From an uncultured Actinomycetota bacterium (GTDB lineage Bacteria > Actinomycetota > Actinomycetes > JAHEKZ01): DNA of 64,000 nucleotides. Where the stretch lies: the NCBI GenBank assembly GCA_963743915.1, contig CAVURN010000001.1, forward strand, positions 288,001-352,000, in the 5' to 3' direction. The notes under the pieces are model-generated. The model did not search any database. It saw only the letters and a list, made by a program, of their open reading frames with translations, and was not told the DNA's origin. Shown here piece after piece: positions 9,227 to 21,012 of this stretch (position 1 is the first letter of the stretch; every line of letters begins with the position of its first letter). The translations under genes and the position numbers were made by a program.

Positions 9227-10522
9227 ATGACCACGCGCGCTTCGAGGGGCACCCGCCCCACACGTCGGACCGGCACGCGTCCCGCGTCTCCCGGGGGTTC
9301 GGGTGCTGGAGACGCGTTGAGCGTCGCACTCACCGCCGCGGTGGCCGCGGGGCTCGTGGCGCTGATCGGCATCGCCCTCTCGCTGATCGTCACCGTGGGC
9401 TCGTGGTCGCTCGCACCGCACACGGCCGACAGCGGACCGGACGGGGCGTCCCGACTGGCGGTCGCGCTCTGGCTGTACGCCCACCACGTGCCGCTCGAGA
9501 TCGACGGGTTGTCGCTCGCGCTTGTCCCCCTCGGGCTCCTGCTCCTGCCAGGAGTGCTCGCCTATGCAGGCGGACGTCAGGTGGCCCGCGTCACGCATCC
9601 CCGACGGCTTCAGGACCTGACCGGGGCGGTCATCCCCTACGCCCTGGTCTACGGCACCGTCGCGGCGATCGCCGCGGGCGTCATCCGCTCGGAGGACGTC
9701 CAACCGGCGCCGTTGCGCGCGTTCGTCGCCGGGACGCTCCTTGCGGCGGTGGCGGGCACTGTGGGGGTGGTGCGGGCCGCTGGTCTCGGCCCGCAGGTGC
9801 GCGAGCTGCTCCCCGCGTCCCTGCGCGACGTGCTCGCCGCCGGCTCCGTGGCGCTGGCCACCGTCGTGACGGTCAGCGCCGTCACCACAGCATTGGCCCT
9901 CGCGGTGGGATTCCCCGATGCCGTCGAGATGTACCGCAGCCTGGACGCCGGCCTCGCCGGCGGCCCGGTGCTGCTGCTGATGACCGTCGCCTTCATCCCG
10001 AACCTGGTGCTGTGGACCGCGTCGTTCACCACCGGAGTCGGCTTCCTGTTGGGTGTCGACGGCAGCGTGACGCCCCAGGGCGTCGATTACGGCGCGCTGC
10101 CGGTCTTCCCGCCACTGGCCGCTGTGCCTCCCGAAGGTGAACCGGGGATCTGGGCCTACCTGGTGCTGCTCACGCCGCTCCTCGGCGGGTACGCGGCGGG
10201 CTCCCTCATGGCGGCCCGGGCCGAGGGTCTGCGGGTCGAGCACCTCGCCGTCCGAGCAGGCATCGGCGGTGGCCTCGGAGGGGTCGCGCTGGGTGCCCTG
10301 GCGGCGCTCGCCGCCGGCTCGGCGGGAAACGGGTCCCTCGCCGAGGTCGGACCCGTCGGGTGGCAGGTCGGGCTGGTCGCCGGTCTCGAGATGGCCCTCG
10401 TGGCGGCCGTCGTCGCATGGGAGCTGCACCGTCGCGGCTCGTCAGGACGGCCCCGGCTGATCGACCTGCGCGAGCGCGTCGGCGTGCCCGAGAGACTGAA
10501 GACGGTCCTACGCCAGCGGTGA
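9227..10522 (+). CDS. PerM/DUF6350-like polytopic membrane protein
   Basis: About 10 TM segments, WLYAHHVPL...LVPLGL, LPVFPPLAAVP; the sucD-X-purN position is typical of actinomycetes. Confidence 0.8.
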   Translation: MTTRASRGTRPTRRTGTRPASPGGSGAGDALSVALTAAVAAGLVALIGIALSLIVTVGSWSLAPHTADSGPDGASRLAVALWLYAHHVPLEIDGLSLALVPLGLLLLPGVLAYAGGRQVARVTHPRRLQDLTGAVIPYALVYGTVAAIAAGVIRSEDVQPAPLRAFVAGTLLAAVAGTVGVVRAAGLGPQVRELLPASLRDVLAAGSVALATVVTVSAVTTALALAVGFPDAVEMYRSLDAGLAGGPVLLLMTVAFIPNLVLWTASFTTGVGFLLGVDGSVTPQGVDYGALPVFPPLAAVPPEGEPGIWAYLVLLTPLLGGYAAGSLMAARAEGLRVEHLAVRAGIGGGLGGVALGALAALAAGSAGNGSLAEVGPVGWQVGLVAGLEMALVAAVVAWELHRRGSSGRPRLIDLRERVGVPERLKTVLRQR

Positions 10523-10547
10523 GCCACGGCCAGTAGGGTTCTCGACC

Positions 10548-11156
10548 GTGGCTCGTGCGCGTGTGGTCGTCCTGGTGTCCGGCAGCGGCACGACCCTGCA
10601 GGCCCTGCTCGACGCGGCGGCCTCTGCCGACTACCCGGCCGACGTCGTCGCCGTCGGTGCCGACCGGCCTGACGTGGGGGCCCTCGACCGGGCCGTCGCG
10701 GCAGGCGTCCCCGCCTTCGTCGTCGCTCCGGACCAGTACGGCGACCGCCCGACGTGGGATGCAGCGCTGGCCGAGGCAGTGGCCGGCCACCGACCCGACC
10801 TGGTGGTGCTGGCCGGATTCATGCGCCTGGTGAGCCCCGACTTCCTCGCCCGCTTCCCGAACCGGGTGATCAACACGCACCCCGCTCTCTCGCCGGCCTT
10901 CCCCGGCATGCACGGTCCTCGCGAAGCGCTGGCCCATGGCGTCAAGGTCACCGGCTGCACGATCTTCGTGGTGGACGACGGCGTCGACACCGGACCGATC
11001 GTGGCGCAGGCGGCGGTCGCCGTGCACGACGACGACGACGAGAACACCCTGCACGAACGCATCAAGCAGGCCGAGCGCGCCCTGCTCGTCCGCACGGTGG
11101 CCGACCTGGTCACGCACCCGTACCGAGTCGAGGGAAGAAAGGTCGTGCGCACGTGA
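10548..11156 (+). CDS. purN: Phosphoribosylglycinamide formyltransferase
   Basis: [42 protein letters not shown]. Confidence 0.97.
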   Translation: MARARVVVLVSGSGTTLQALLDAAASADYPADVVAVGADRPDVGALDRAVAAGVPAFVVAPDQYGDRPTWDAALAEAVAGHRPDLVVLAGFMRLVSPDFLARFPNRVINTHPALSPAFPGMHGPREALAHGVKVTGCTIFVVDDGVDTGPIVAQAAVAVHDDDDENTLHERIKQAERALLVRTVADLVTHPYRVEGRKVVRT

Positions 11157-12718
11157 CGCAGCGTCCCATCCGCCGTGCCCTGATCAGCGTCTACGACAAG
11201 ACGGGGCTGGTGGACCTGGCCCTGGGCCTGCACGAGGCAGGTGTCTCTCTCGTCTCCACGGGTTCGACCGCCACCCGCATTGCGGAGGCAGGCGTCCCGG
11301 TCACCAAGGTCGAGGACCTCACCGGCTTCCCCGAGTGCCTCGACGGTCGGGTGAAGACCCTCCACCCGCGGGTGCATGCGGGAATTCTCGCCGACCTGCG
11401 CAAGCCGGACCACGAGCGGCAGCTGTCCGAGCTCGGCATCGAGCCGTTCGACCTGGTCGTCAGCAACCTCTATCCGTTCACCGAGACCGTCACGTCGGGG
11501 GCGACTCCGGACGAGTGCGTCGAGCAGATCGACATCGGTGGCCCGTCGATGGTCCGGGCGGCCGCGAAGAACCACCCCACCGTGGCGGTCGTCGTCTCCC
11601 CTGACCGCTACGCGATGGTCCTCGACGCAGTGCGCTCCGGGGGGTTCAGTCTGGCGCAACGGCGAGACCTGGCTCGTGAGGCATTCGTGCACACCGCGAC
11701 GTACGACGTCCACGTCGCGTCGTGGATGGGAGGCGTGCTGGCACCCGACAGCTCCGAGAACGGGTTTCCCGCCTGGGTCGGAGCGACCTGGGACCGCGCT
11801 GCCGTGCTTCGCTACGGCGAGAACCCGCACCAGCGGGCCGCCCTCTACACCAGTGGCTTCGGCCCGAGCGGACTCGCGCAGGCCGAGCAGCTGCATGGCA
11901 AGGAGATGTCCTACAACAACTTCATCGACTCGGACGCCGCTCGTCGCGCGGCGTACGACCACGGTGAGGGTTGCGTGGCGATCATCAAGCACGCCAACCC
12001 GTGCGGAATCGCGGTCGACGCTGACGACATCGCCGTCGCCTACCGCAAGGCGTTCGACTGCGACCCGGTGTCAGCATTCGGGGGCGTCGTGGCTGCCAAC
12101 CGGACGGTGACGCTGGCGATGGCCGAGGCCATGGGTGACGTCTTCACCGAGGTGGTCGTCGCCCCGGATTTCGAGCCCGAGGCTCTCGAGCTGCTGCAGC
12201 AGAAGAAGAACGTGCGGCTGCTGCGCTGCGTCGGCGTCCAGGAGGGCGAGGCTATCGAGTCACGACCGGTCAGCGGGGGAATGCTGCTGCAGGTCCGCGA
12301 CTCGCTGCAGGCTGACGGGGACGCGGTCGCCGGATGGACACTCGCCACCGGCGAGCCGGCGGACGAGGCGACCCTGCGTGACCTGTTGTTCGCCTGGCGC
12401 GCCTGTCGTTCGGTCAAGTCCAACGCGATCCTGCTCGCCAAGGATGGCGGCAGCGTGGGCGTGGGCATGGGCCAGGTGAGTCGGGTGGACAGCGCCAAGC
12501 TGGCGGTCATGCGGGCGGGGGAGCAACGTGCGCGTGGCTCCGTGGCGGCGTCAGATGCGTTCTTCCCGTTTCCGGACGGCCTGGCGGTGCTGTTGGAGGC
12601 CGGGGTGCGCGCGGTCGTCCAGCCCGGTGGATCGGTGCGCGACGACGAGATCGTGGCGACCGCAGCAGCTGCCGGCGTGACGATGTACCTCACCGGCACC
12701 CGTCACTTCTTTCACTAG
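11153..12718 (+). CDS. purH: Bifunctional AICAR formyltransferase/IMP cyclohydrolase
   Basis: [60 protein letters not shown]. Confidence 0.97.
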   Translation: MTQRPIRRALISVYDKTGLVDLALGLHEAGVSLVSTGSTATRIAEAGVPVTKVEDLTGFPECLDGRVKTLHPRVHAGILADLRKPDHERQLSELGIEPFDLVVSNLYPFTETVTSGATPDECVEQIDIGGPSMVRAAAKNHPTVAVVVSPDRYAMVLDAVRSGGFSLAQRRDLAREAFVHTATYDVHVASWMGGVLAPDSSENGFPAWVGATWDRAAVLRYGENPHQRAALYTSGFGPSGLAQAEQLHGKEMSYNNFIDSDAARRAAYDHGEGCVAIIKHANPCGIAVDADDIAVAYRKAFDCDPVSAFGGVVAANRTVTLAMAEAMGDVFTEVVVAPDFEPEALELLQQKKNVRLLRCVGVQEGEAIESRPVSGGMLLQVRDSLQADGDAVAGWTLATGEPADEATLRDLLFAWRACRSVKSNAILLAKDGGSVGVGMGQVSRVDSAKLAVMRAGEQRARGSVAASDAFFPFPDGLAVLLEAGVRAVVQPGGSVRDDEIVATAAAAGVTMYLTGTRHFFH

Positions 12719-13560
12719 GCCACATCACTCCGGATGGGCTCGTCGGTGGTGGTGGCTGGCGACCGCAGGATCTTGGCAAGGACGACCAAGGCGAGGATCA
12801 CTGCGGGCCACAGAAGCAGCCCGCCGATGCCCGAAGCCTCAGCGCCGGAGTGCTCGGTGCCGAGAGCGCCGAAGTCCCAGATGGCGTGAATCACCATCGT
12901 GACGACCAGCAGTCCGGTGAGGCGTCGCGTGACGTAGAACGCGGTGCCGAGCAGGAAGGCAAACACGATTTGGCGGACGGTTGCGCCGACGGACTGTCCG
13001 AAGAAGACATTCAGCCCGTGCAGCAGGCCGAACAGCAGCGACGACAGGAACCAGACCCAGCCTTCGGACAGCGTGCCGCGGAAGCCGACGATCATGAGAC
13101 CCCGGGTGAGGAGCTCCTCGGAGAAGCCGACCAGGCCGGTGCCGAGAGCCAGAAGCAGCAGGGTTGCTGTGCTGGCAGCACCGAAGTCGATGGAGACGAC
13201 GCCGCTGAGCGCGATCACCAGCAGCAAGGCGGGGACGACGAACCCCCAGCGGGGACCGACCCTGCTCGTCTCCACCATGGCCGGCCGCCACCAGCCCAGC
13301 CACGACGCGGCGACGGCAAGGAACACGGCGCCAACACCGATGGGGATGACGATGCCCTTGAGGACGGTGTCCGATGAGTCGGATACGGCGTCGTAGTCGA
13401 CTCCGTTGATCGCCCAGATTGCGGCCACCAGGGCGATGTATATGAGCAACAGCGCGATGGAGATGACGGGGGTCGGCTTGATGCGCACGGCTGCTCCGGG
13501 GGCTCGGTCTGGGGGCGCGGTGAGGTTCTCAGACCCCCTTGGCGACCGCAACTCGAACAC
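12715..13560 (-). CDS. CPBP (Abi/CAAX) family intramembrane glutamic endopeptidase (true start probably ~13488)
   Basis: [22 protein letters not shown] motifs; multiple TM helices. Confidence 0.85.
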   Translation of the reverse strand: MFELRSPRGSENLTAPPDRAPGAAVRIKPTPVISIALLLIYIALVAAIWAINGVDYDAVSDSSDTVLKGIVIPIGVGAVFLAVAASWLGWWRPAMVETSRVGPRWGFVVPALLLVIALSGVVSIDFGAASTATLLLLALGTGLVGFSEELLTRGLMIVGFRGTLSEGWVWFLSSLLFGLLHGLNVFFGQSVGATVRQIVFAFLLGTAFYVTRRLTGLLVVTMVIHAIWDFGALGTEHSGAEASGIGGLLLWPAVILALVVLAKILRSPATTTDEPIRSDVA

Positions 13561-13600
13561 ACCGGGAGTGGGCCGGGGTCACTGGTGATGAGCGCGCAGG

Positions 13601-13981
13601 TCAGTCGACGATGACCCGGTGCTCGCGGTCGGCGATCCACGTCAGGATGTCCGCCCGCGACAGTGCGCGGTGTCCGCAGTCGCACCAGGCCGGCAACGTG
13701 TCGTCCGAAGCATCCCGTGGCCCTTCCAGCAGGTCCAGCCAGAGGTGCGGCGTCTGGTTCCCGTGCGGCTTGTCCGGCAGGTCGTAGTCGCCGTGACTCC
13801 GTGCCCGCACCGGGGCGGCGTAGACGAGTCCCTGGTCGGTCTCGTACACCGTCGCGACGTGGTGGCTTCGGGCGCACTGGACGCGGAGCCGGATGGCGTC
13901 CCGACCTCCGTGGGGCAGGGCGGCCAGGGCCTTGGCCGCGTGCTGGCTGCGTACGTCGTGGGATCCGGTTGCCGTCGTCAT
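13601..13981 (-). CDS. Hypothetical protein, putative Zn-binding
   Basis: VQCARSHHV and AWCDCGHR motifs; -10-like hexamer 6 nt before ATG. Confidence 0.65.
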   Translation of the reverse strand: MTTATGSHDVRSQHAAKALAALPHGGRDAIRLRVQCARSHHVATVYETDQGLVYAAPVRARSHGDYDLPDKPHGNQTPHLWLDLLEGPRDASDDTLPAWCDCGHRALSRADILTWIADREHRVIVD

Positions 13982-14061
13982 GCCCTCAGCGTCACCCCGG
14001 GAGGCGTGACGGGCCAGGGTCCAACGGTCCGCGTTCGCCAGGTCGGGCCTAGGCTGCCGCC

Positions 14062-15114
14062 GTGACCTTCCTCATGCCCGCAGAGTGGGAGCACCACACC
14101 CGTACGTGGATGGCGCTCCCGCCCACCGGTGGCTACGTGGCCACCGAGGACCCGGACGCCTTGGACGCGTGGCTGGCCACGGCCAACGCCGTTGCTGACT
14201 TCGAGCCGGTCTCCCTGCTCGTCGACCCGCGAGACCGTGACCGGGTGCGTCCGCTCCTGCACCGCGACGTCGAGCTGGTCGAGACCGAGCTGGACGACGG
14301 GTGGCTGCGCGACAGCGGCCCCACGTTCGTCGTGGACGACAGCGACGGGTCGCTGGCCGCCGTGCACTGGGTGTTCAACGCCTGGGGCGGCATCCAGCCG
14401 CACGCGCGGGACGCGAAGATCGGTGCCACGGTGGCCGGTGGCGCCGGCGTCCCGGTGATCGACAGCCCGCTCGTGAACGAGGGCGGCGGCATCTGCGTCG
14501 ATGGTGAGGGCACGGTGATCGTCACCGAGAGCGTCCAGCTGCACGACCGCCGCAACCCCGGATGGACGCGCGAAGCGGTCGAGCGGGAGCTCGCGCGCAC
14601 CATCGGTGCGTCCACCGTCATCTGGCTCGAGCGCGGACTGATGGGAGACATGCAGCAGTACCGCCCGGGACTGGGCACGAACGGGCATGTCGACGTCCTC
14701 GCGGCGTTCGTGCGGCCCGGCGTCGTCGTGGTCCACGGGCAGCCGGATCCGCACCACCACGACCATGCAGTGATGGCCGAGAACGTCCGTCGACTGCGTG
14801 CGGCCCGCGATGCGGCGGGGAGGGCCTTGGAGATCATCACCATCGACGCACCGCGCGACACCGTCGTCGACGGCGTGTCCATCGACCACAGCTACATCAA
14901 CTTCTCGTTCGTCAACGACGGACTCGTGATGTCGGTGTATGGCGATGACGAGGCGGACGAGAAGGCCTCGGGTGTCCTCGCCGAGCTGCTACCGGACCGC
15001 AGGATCGCAGCGGTGGATGCTGCGCCGATCTTCCGCAACGGTGGTGGGGTGCACTGCATCACGCAGCAGCAGCCGGACGCCGCCCGACTCGCCGGGCCAC
15101 CGAGCACCCGGTGA
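14062..15114 (+). CDS. aguA: Agmatine deiminase family protein
   Basis: MPAEWE, DDGWLRDSGP, FNAWG, EGGG, TNGHVD, SYIN, GGGVHCITQQQP. Confidence 0.92.
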   Translation: MTFLMPAEWEHHTRTWMALPPTGGYVATEDPDALDAWLATANAVADFEPVSLLVDPRDRDRVRPLLHRDVELVETELDDGWLRDSGPTFVVDDSDGSLAAVHWVFNAWGGIQPHARDAKIGATVAGGAGVPVIDSPLVNEGGGICVDGEGTVIVTESVQLHDRRNPGWTREAVERELARTIGASTVIWLERGLMGDMQQYRPGLGTNGHVDVLAAFVRPGVVVVHGQPDPHHHDHAVMAENVRRLRAARDAAGRALEIITIDAPRDTVVDGVSIDHSYINFSFVNDGLVMSVYGDDEADEKASGVLAELLPDRRIAAVDAAPIFRNGGGVHCITQQQPDAARLAGPPSTR

Positions 15115-16061
15115 CCCGGCGCGACCGCTGGACCGCCGGCGTCGTCGCCTTCGCCGTCGGCGCCGTGGTCGCCGTCCAGGGCCGGATCAACGGTGAGGTG
15201 GGCGACCTCACCGGAAGTGGCCTGCTCGCCGCTGCGGTCAACTTCAGCGTGGGGCTCGCGATCCTGGTCGTGGTCGTGGCGGGCCGCCGGGTCACCCGGG
15301 ACGCCCTCCGTCGTCTGCCCTCATTGGTCGGCCCCCAGCTGCCGTGGTGGACCCTCACCGGTGGCGTCGGGGGCGCGATCTATGTCACCGGTCAGAGCAC
15401 CACCGTGGCTGTCCTCGGGGTGGCGCTCTTCACCGTGGCCACCGTGGCCGGCTCGACCGGAGCGGGCCTGGCCGTCGACAAGGTGGGCCTGGGGCCCGGT
15501 GGGCCGGTGGCGGTCACTGCGTGGCGGATGGTGGCGGCCGCTCTCGCCGTGGTAGCCGTGTGGGTCGGCTCAGGGGGACGCGACCCGGCCGGGTCGGTCT
15601 CGATCCCCTTCCTGCTGCTGGCGCTTGCGGCTGGTGCGGCCGGAGCCGTCCAGGTGGGGCTGAACGGCCGGGTGTCGGTCGCGACCGGTCAGCCGCTGGT
15701 GGCCACCCTGGTGAACTTCACGGTGGGGCTCGCGGTGCTGCTGGGCGTCGTGGCCGTTCAGGCCCTCGTCGACCCGGAGGCAGCCGGAACCCTCGAGCCC
15801 CTGTGGGACGAGCCCTGGCTGCTGGTCGGCGGCGCCATGGGGGTGCTCTTCGTCGCAGGGTCCGCGTGGTCGGTCCGCGCGCTCGGCGTGCTGCTGCTGT
15901 CCCTGGTGGTGCTGGCCGGCACGTTGGTGGGTGCGGTGGTGGTCGACCTGGTCGTCCCGACCGAGGGCGCGACGGTCAACGGCTACCTGCTCGCCGGAAT
16001 CGCCTTGACCTTCGCCTCGGTGGGGTTGGCGGTCGTGCGACGGCGGCGACCTGGCTCGTGA
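15111..16061 (+). CDS. DMT family transporter (YdcZ-like, duplicated)
   Basis: Two repeats of [16 protein letters not shown]...NFxVG...WxxxGGxxG; ~10 TM. Confidence 0.85.
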   Translation: MTRRDRWTAGVVAFAVGAVVAVQGRINGEVGDLTGSGLLAAAVNFSVGLAILVVVVAGRRVTRDALRRLPSLVGPQLPWWTLTGGVGGAIYVTGQSTTVAVLGVALFTVATVAGSTGAGLAVDKVGLGPGGPVAVTAWRMVAAALAVVAVWVGSGGRDPAGSVSIPFLLLALAAGAAGAVQVGLNGRVSVATGQPLVATLVNFTVGLAVLLGVVAVQALVDPEAAGTLEPLWDEPWLLVGGAMGVLFVAGSAWSVRALGVLLLSLVVLAGTLVGAVVVDLVVPTEGATVNGYLLAGIALTFASVGLAVVRRRRPGS

Positions 16062-16075
16062 CAGACTTACCGCTC

Positions 16076-16936
16076 GTGACAGCGACCATTCTCGACGGCA
16101 AGAAGACCGCAGCGGCCGTGAAGGCCGAGCTCGCCACTCGCGTGGCGGCCCTGAAGGAGCGCGGCATCCATCCCGGGCTCGGCACGATCTTGGTCGGCGA
16201 CGACCCGGGCAGCCACGCCTACGTCGGTGGCAAACACCGTGACTGCGCCGAGGTGGGCATCGCCAGCATCCGGCGCGACCTGGCCGCGGACGCCACCCAG
16301 GGCGACGTCGAGAAGGCGGTTGCCGAGCTCAACGACGACCCGTCCTGCACCGGCTACATCATCCAGCTGCCGCTGCCGAAGGGGCTCGACCCGCACCCGG
16401 TCCTCGCGCAGATGCATCCTGACAAGGACGCCGACGGCCTGCACCCCATGAACCTCGGTCGCCTGGTGCTCGGTGAGGACGCCCCGCTGCCGTGCACACC
16501 GCGGGGCATCGTCGAGCTCCTCCGTCGGTACGACGTCCCGATCGCTGGAGCCGAGGTGGTCGTCGTGGGCCGCGGTGTCACGGTGGGACGCCCCCTCGGG
16601 CTGCTCCTCACCCGGCGCAGCGAGAACGCCACCGTCACCCTGTGCCACACCGGCACCCGCGACCTCGGCGCGCACCTGACGCGCGCGGACATCGTCGTCG
16701 CCGCTGCCGGCGTCCCAGGACTCGTCACCGCCGACGCCATCAAGCCCGGTGCCGCGGTGCTGGACGTCGGGATCACCCGCACCGATCTCGGGCTCGTCGG
16801 CGACGTGGCCCCCGATGTTGTCGAGGTGGCGGGGCACCTTGCACCGATGCCGGGGGGAACCGGCCCCATGACCCGGGCGATGTTGCTGGCCAACGTCGTC
16901 GAGCGGGCGGAGGCCCAGGCGGCCGTGGCCGGCTGA
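16076..16936 (+). CDS. folD: Methylenetetrahydrofolate dehydrogenase/cyclohydrolase
   Basis: [38 protein letters not shown]. Confidence 0.96.
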   Translation: MTATILDGKKTAAAVKAELATRVAALKERGIHPGLGTILVGDDPGSHAYVGGKHRDCAEVGIASIRRDLAADATQGDVEKAVAELNDDPSCTGYIIQLPLPKGLDPHPVLAQMHPDKDADGLHPMNLGRLVLGEDAPLPCTPRGIVELLRRYDVPIAGAEVVVVGRGVTVGRPLGLLLTRRSENATVTLCHTGTRDLGAHLTRADIVVAAAGVPGLVTADAIKPGAAVLDVGITRTDLGLVGDVAPDVVEVAGHLAPMPGGTGPMTRAMLLANVVERAEAQAAVAG

Positions 16937-16938
16937 CG

Positions 16939-17319
16939 ATGCCTGACGCGGGGCCTGACGCCGGGCTGGAGCCGGAGCCCGACCCGGAGCCCGACGACGG
17001 CGACGAGGTGCGCCTCGACGGCGAGGGCAACCCGATCGACGACCAGCCGCTCATCGAGCGGACGATCGACCAGTGGCCTCTGGCTCTGGTGCTGCTCACG
17101 GTGGCGTCCGGACTGATGATCCTGACCTTCATCGACTTTCGGGTCGGCGCGATCGTGCTCGGCGCCTCGCTCGTCTTCGCGGGTGCGCTGCGGACGGTGC
17201 TCACGCAGGAGCGTGCGGGCCTGCTCGCCATCCGGGGGCGCCCCATCGACCTGATGACGATGTACGGCCTGGGGGTGGCCCTGACCACCGTTGCGGTCGT
17301 GGTTCCACCCGCCCGGTAA
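16939..17319 (+). CDS. DUF3017 domain membrane protein
   Basis: QWPLALVL...AGLLAIRGRPID; usual position after folD. Confidence 0.85.
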   Translation: MPDAGPDAGLEPEPDPEPDDGDEVRLDGEGNPIDDQPLIERTIDQWPLALVLLTVASGLMILTFIDFRVGAIVLGASLVFAGALRTVLTQERAGLLAIRGRPIDLMTMYGLGVALTTVAVVVPPAR

Positions 17320-17380
17320 CCTCGGGAGTGGATCAGACCCCCGCCAGCAGCCGACAGAGCAAGGACCGGTGAGCACTCCC

Positions 17381-18352
17381 ATGACCTCAGCCCCCCGCAG
17401 CCGCAAGGTGACCGTCGTCGGAGCCGGCTTCTACGGCTCGACCACGGCCCAGCGCCTGGCGGAGTACGACCTCTTCGACACGGTGGTGCTCACCGACATC
17501 GTCGACGGCAAGCCCGAGGGGCTGGCGCTCGACATGAACCAGTCGCGGCCGATCGAGGGGTTCGAGACCAAGGTGGTCGGCGCGACCACCGACCCGGTGA
17601 CCGGTGCCGGCTACGAGAAGACCGCTGACAGCGACATCGTGGTGGTCACCGCGGGGCTGCCCCGCAAGCCCGGCATGAGCCGCATGGACCTGATCGAGAC
17701 CAACGCCAAGATCGTCCGCGGCGTCGCGGAGAACGTCGCCAAGCCACTCGCCCAACGCGGTCATCATCGTGGTCTCCAACCCGCTGGACGAGATGACCGC
17801 CCTGGCCCAGCTGGCGAGCGGGTTCCCGAAGGCAGCGTGTGATCGGCCAGGCCGGCATGCTCGACACCGCGCGGTTCAGCCACTTCGTCGCCGAGACGCT
17901 TGCGGTGCCGGTCGCCACCGTCAGGACGCTCACGCTCGGCTCGCACGGGGACACCATGGTCCCGGTGCCGAGCCGGTGCACCGTCGACGGACAAGCCGCT
18001 GGCCGACCTGCTGCCCGCGGACAAGATCGAGGAGCTCGTCGTCCGCACCCGCAACGGCGGAGCGGAGGTCGTCGCGCTGCTCAAGACCGGCTCGGCCTAC
18101 TACGCGCCGTCGGCCGCCGCGGCGCGCATGGCCAAGGCCGTGGCCGAGGACTCCGGCGCCGTCATGCCGGTGTGTGCCTGGGTGGACGGTGAGTACGGCA
18201 TCTCCGGGGTCTACCTCGGCGTCGAGGCCGAGATCGGCGCCGGCGGCGTCCGGCGGATCGTCGAGGACGACCTCACCGACAGCGAGCTCGCCGGTCTGCG
18301 CGAGGCCGCCGAGGCCGTTCGGGCCAAGCAGGCCGACGTCAAGGACCTCTGA
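17381..18352 (+). CDS. mdh: Malate dehydrogenase (LDH-like), split by ~3 apparent frameshifts (~17745, ~17835, ~17990)
   Basis: VVGAGFYG, TAGLPRKPGMSRMDL, VSNPLD, AGMLDTARF, LGSHGD, RTRNGGAE, GSAYYAP, across frames. Confidence 0.9.
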
Positions 18353-18355
18353 GCG

Positions 18356-19573
18356 ATGACGAAGATCAAGGTCGACCAGCCGGTCGTCGAGCTCGACGGC
18401 GACGAGATGACGCGCATCATCTGGGCGTTCATCAAGGAGCAGCTGATCCTGCCCTACCTCGACATCGACCTGAGGTACTTCGATCTCGGCATCGAGAGCC
18501 GGGATGCGACCGACGACCAGATCACCGTGGACGCAGCGAACGCGATCAAGCAGTACGGCGTCGGCGTCAAGTGCGCGACGATCACGCCGGACGAGGCGCG
18601 CGTCGATGAGTTCGGCCTGAAGAAGATGTGGCGTTCGCCCAACGGGACTATCCGCAACATCCTCGGTGGCGTGATCTTCCGTGAGCCGATCATCATCAGC
18701 AACATCCCGCGTCTCGTGCCCAGCTGGACCAAGCCCATCATCATCGGCCGTCACGCCCACGGCGACCAGTACAAGGCGACCGACTTCGTCGTGCCCGGTC
18801 CCGGCACGGTGACCATCACGTACCAGCCGCGCTGACGGCGGCGAGCCGATGGAGTTCGAGATCGCTGACTTCCCCGGCGGCGGCGTCGCCATGGGCATGT
18901 ACAACTTCGACGACTCGATCCGCGACTTCGCCCGGGCCTCGTTCCGCTACGGTCTGGCCCGCCAGTACCCCGTCTACCTGTCGACGAAGAACACGATCCT
19001 CAAGGCGTACGACGGTCGGTTCAAGGACCTGTTCGCCGAGGTGTTCGAGTCCGAGTTCAAGGCCGACTTCGAGGCCGCAGGCATCACCTACGAGCACCGG
19101 CTCATCGACGACATGGTGGCGTCGGCGCTGAAGTGGGAGGGCGGGTACGTCTGGGCCTGCAAGAACTACGACGGCGACGTGCAGTCCGACACCGTCGCCC
19201 AGGGGTTCGGCTCGCTGGGCCTGATGACGTCGGTGCTGATGACTCCCGACGGCAGGACCGTCGAGGCCGAGGCCGCTCACGGCACCGTCACGCGGCACTA
19301 CCGGCAGCACCAGCAGGGCAAGCCCACCTCGACCAACCCGATCGCGTCCATCTTCGCGTGGACGCGGGCCTGCAGCACCGCGGCACCGTCGACGGCAACG
19401 GCGAGCTGCAGAAGTTCGCCGCCGACCTCGAGGCGGTCTGCGTCGAGACCGTCGAGAGCGGCAAGATGACCAAGGACCTCGCCCTGCTGGTGGGTCCGGA
19501 CCAACCCTGGCTCAACACCCAGGAGTTCCTCGCCGCCCTCGACGAGAACCTCCAGGCCAAGCGCGCCGGCTGA
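18356..19573 (+). CDS. icd: NADP-dependent isocitrate dehydrogenase; apparent frameshifts ~18830 and ~19365
   Basis: [64 protein letters not shown]. Confidence 0.93.
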
Positions 19574-19591
19574 CACTCGGCGGGCCCGGGC

Positions 19592-20918
19592 TCACTCCGC
19601 GGTGAGGGTGTCCAGGTCGTCGAGGAAGCCGGGGTAGCTGGTCGCGACGCAGTCCCAGTCGTCGATCTCGACCGCGGCGTCCACGGCGACCCCGACCGAC
19701 GCGACGGCAGCGGCCATGGCGATGCGGTGGTCGTGGTGGGACGCCACGCGTCCCGCACGCAGGCCGTCCGGCCCCATGGCGTGGACGACCAACCGTCCGC
19801 TGCGGGCCCCATGCCTCGCCGCCCAGGGCCTGGATCATCGCCACGACCGTCGCGATGCGGTCACTCTCCTTGGTGCGCAGCTCGTCGGCGTCGGTGAACT
19901 CCAGCGAGCCGGACGCCGCCAGCGCACCGGCGATCGCGAGGGCGGGAACCTCGTCGATCAGGTCGGGCAGCTGGCTGCCGGTGACCACGGTGCCGGTGAG
20001 CTCGCGACCGCGGGCCCGCACCGTTCCTGCGCTCGCGGTCGATGTCCAGATCCGCGCCCATGGCGAGCAGCACGTCGAGGAAGCCGGCGCGCTCGGGGGA
20101 CAGGTACAGGTTCTCCACCGTGACGTCCGAGCCCGGGATCGCCGCGGCGGCGCAGATCCAGAAGGCAGCCTGCGAGGGGTCACCGGGCACGGCGAACTGC
20201 GCCGGCGGACACCGGCCCGGGGTGCAGCGTCACCACGCTTCCGCCACCGTCGTCCGTCTCGGACGCGATGTCGACCCCGTGCTCGGCGAGCATCTCCTCG
20301 GTGTGCCGTCGGGTCGGCACCTTCTCGCGGACGGTGGTCGTGCCGTCGGCGAACAGCCCGGCCAGCAGGATCGCCGACTTCACCTGGGCGCTGGCCATCG
20401 GCGGCGTGTAGTCGATCCCGTGCAGGCCGCCGCCCTGGATGGTCAGCGGGGTGAAGCGCCCCCCGTCGCGACCGTCGATCACCGCACCCATGGCGCGGAG
20501 CGGTTCGACGACCCGGTCCATCGGACGGGTGGCGATGGAGTCGTCACCGGTGATCACGGTCCGAAAGGGCTGCCCGGCGCAGAGGCCGGCCAACAGCCTG
20601 GCTCCGGTGCCGGAGTTGCCGACGTCGAGCACCTCGGCCGGCTCGTGCAGCGCCCCCCCGGTGACGGTGAGGGTGCCGACGCGGAAGGGGGACGTCGCGT
20701 CGTCCGCCTCGGTGATGCGTCGCGCCGAGCTGTCGCACGATCTGTCGGGTGTGCCGGACGTCCTCGCCGGCTGACAGTCCGGTGATGGTCGACGTGCCGG
20801 ACGCCACCGCCGCCAGGATCAGCGCGCGGTGCGACACGGACTTGTCCCCGGGAACTCGGAGGGTCCCTCGCAGTGGTCGACGCCCTCGTACCTGCGCGGT
20901 CACAGGGTCGCTCGTCAC
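19592..20918 (-). CDS. aroA: 3-phosphoshikimate 1-carboxyvinyltransferase (class II-like EPSPS), several apparent frameshifts
   Basis: [76 protein letters not shown], across frames. Confidence 0.9.
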
Positions 20919-21012
20919 CCACTCATTATGGCGAGCGCGGGCACTCGTCCTCCGAGGCACTCGACATCCGAGATGGCTGACGCCGGGGGCGTGGTGCTGT
21001 CACAGTGGGGGC

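Noticed and set aside
13522-13534. MprA box near the CPBP gene (GGTTCTCAGAC)
   Set aside because: Single half-site with no partner at 11-bp spacing.
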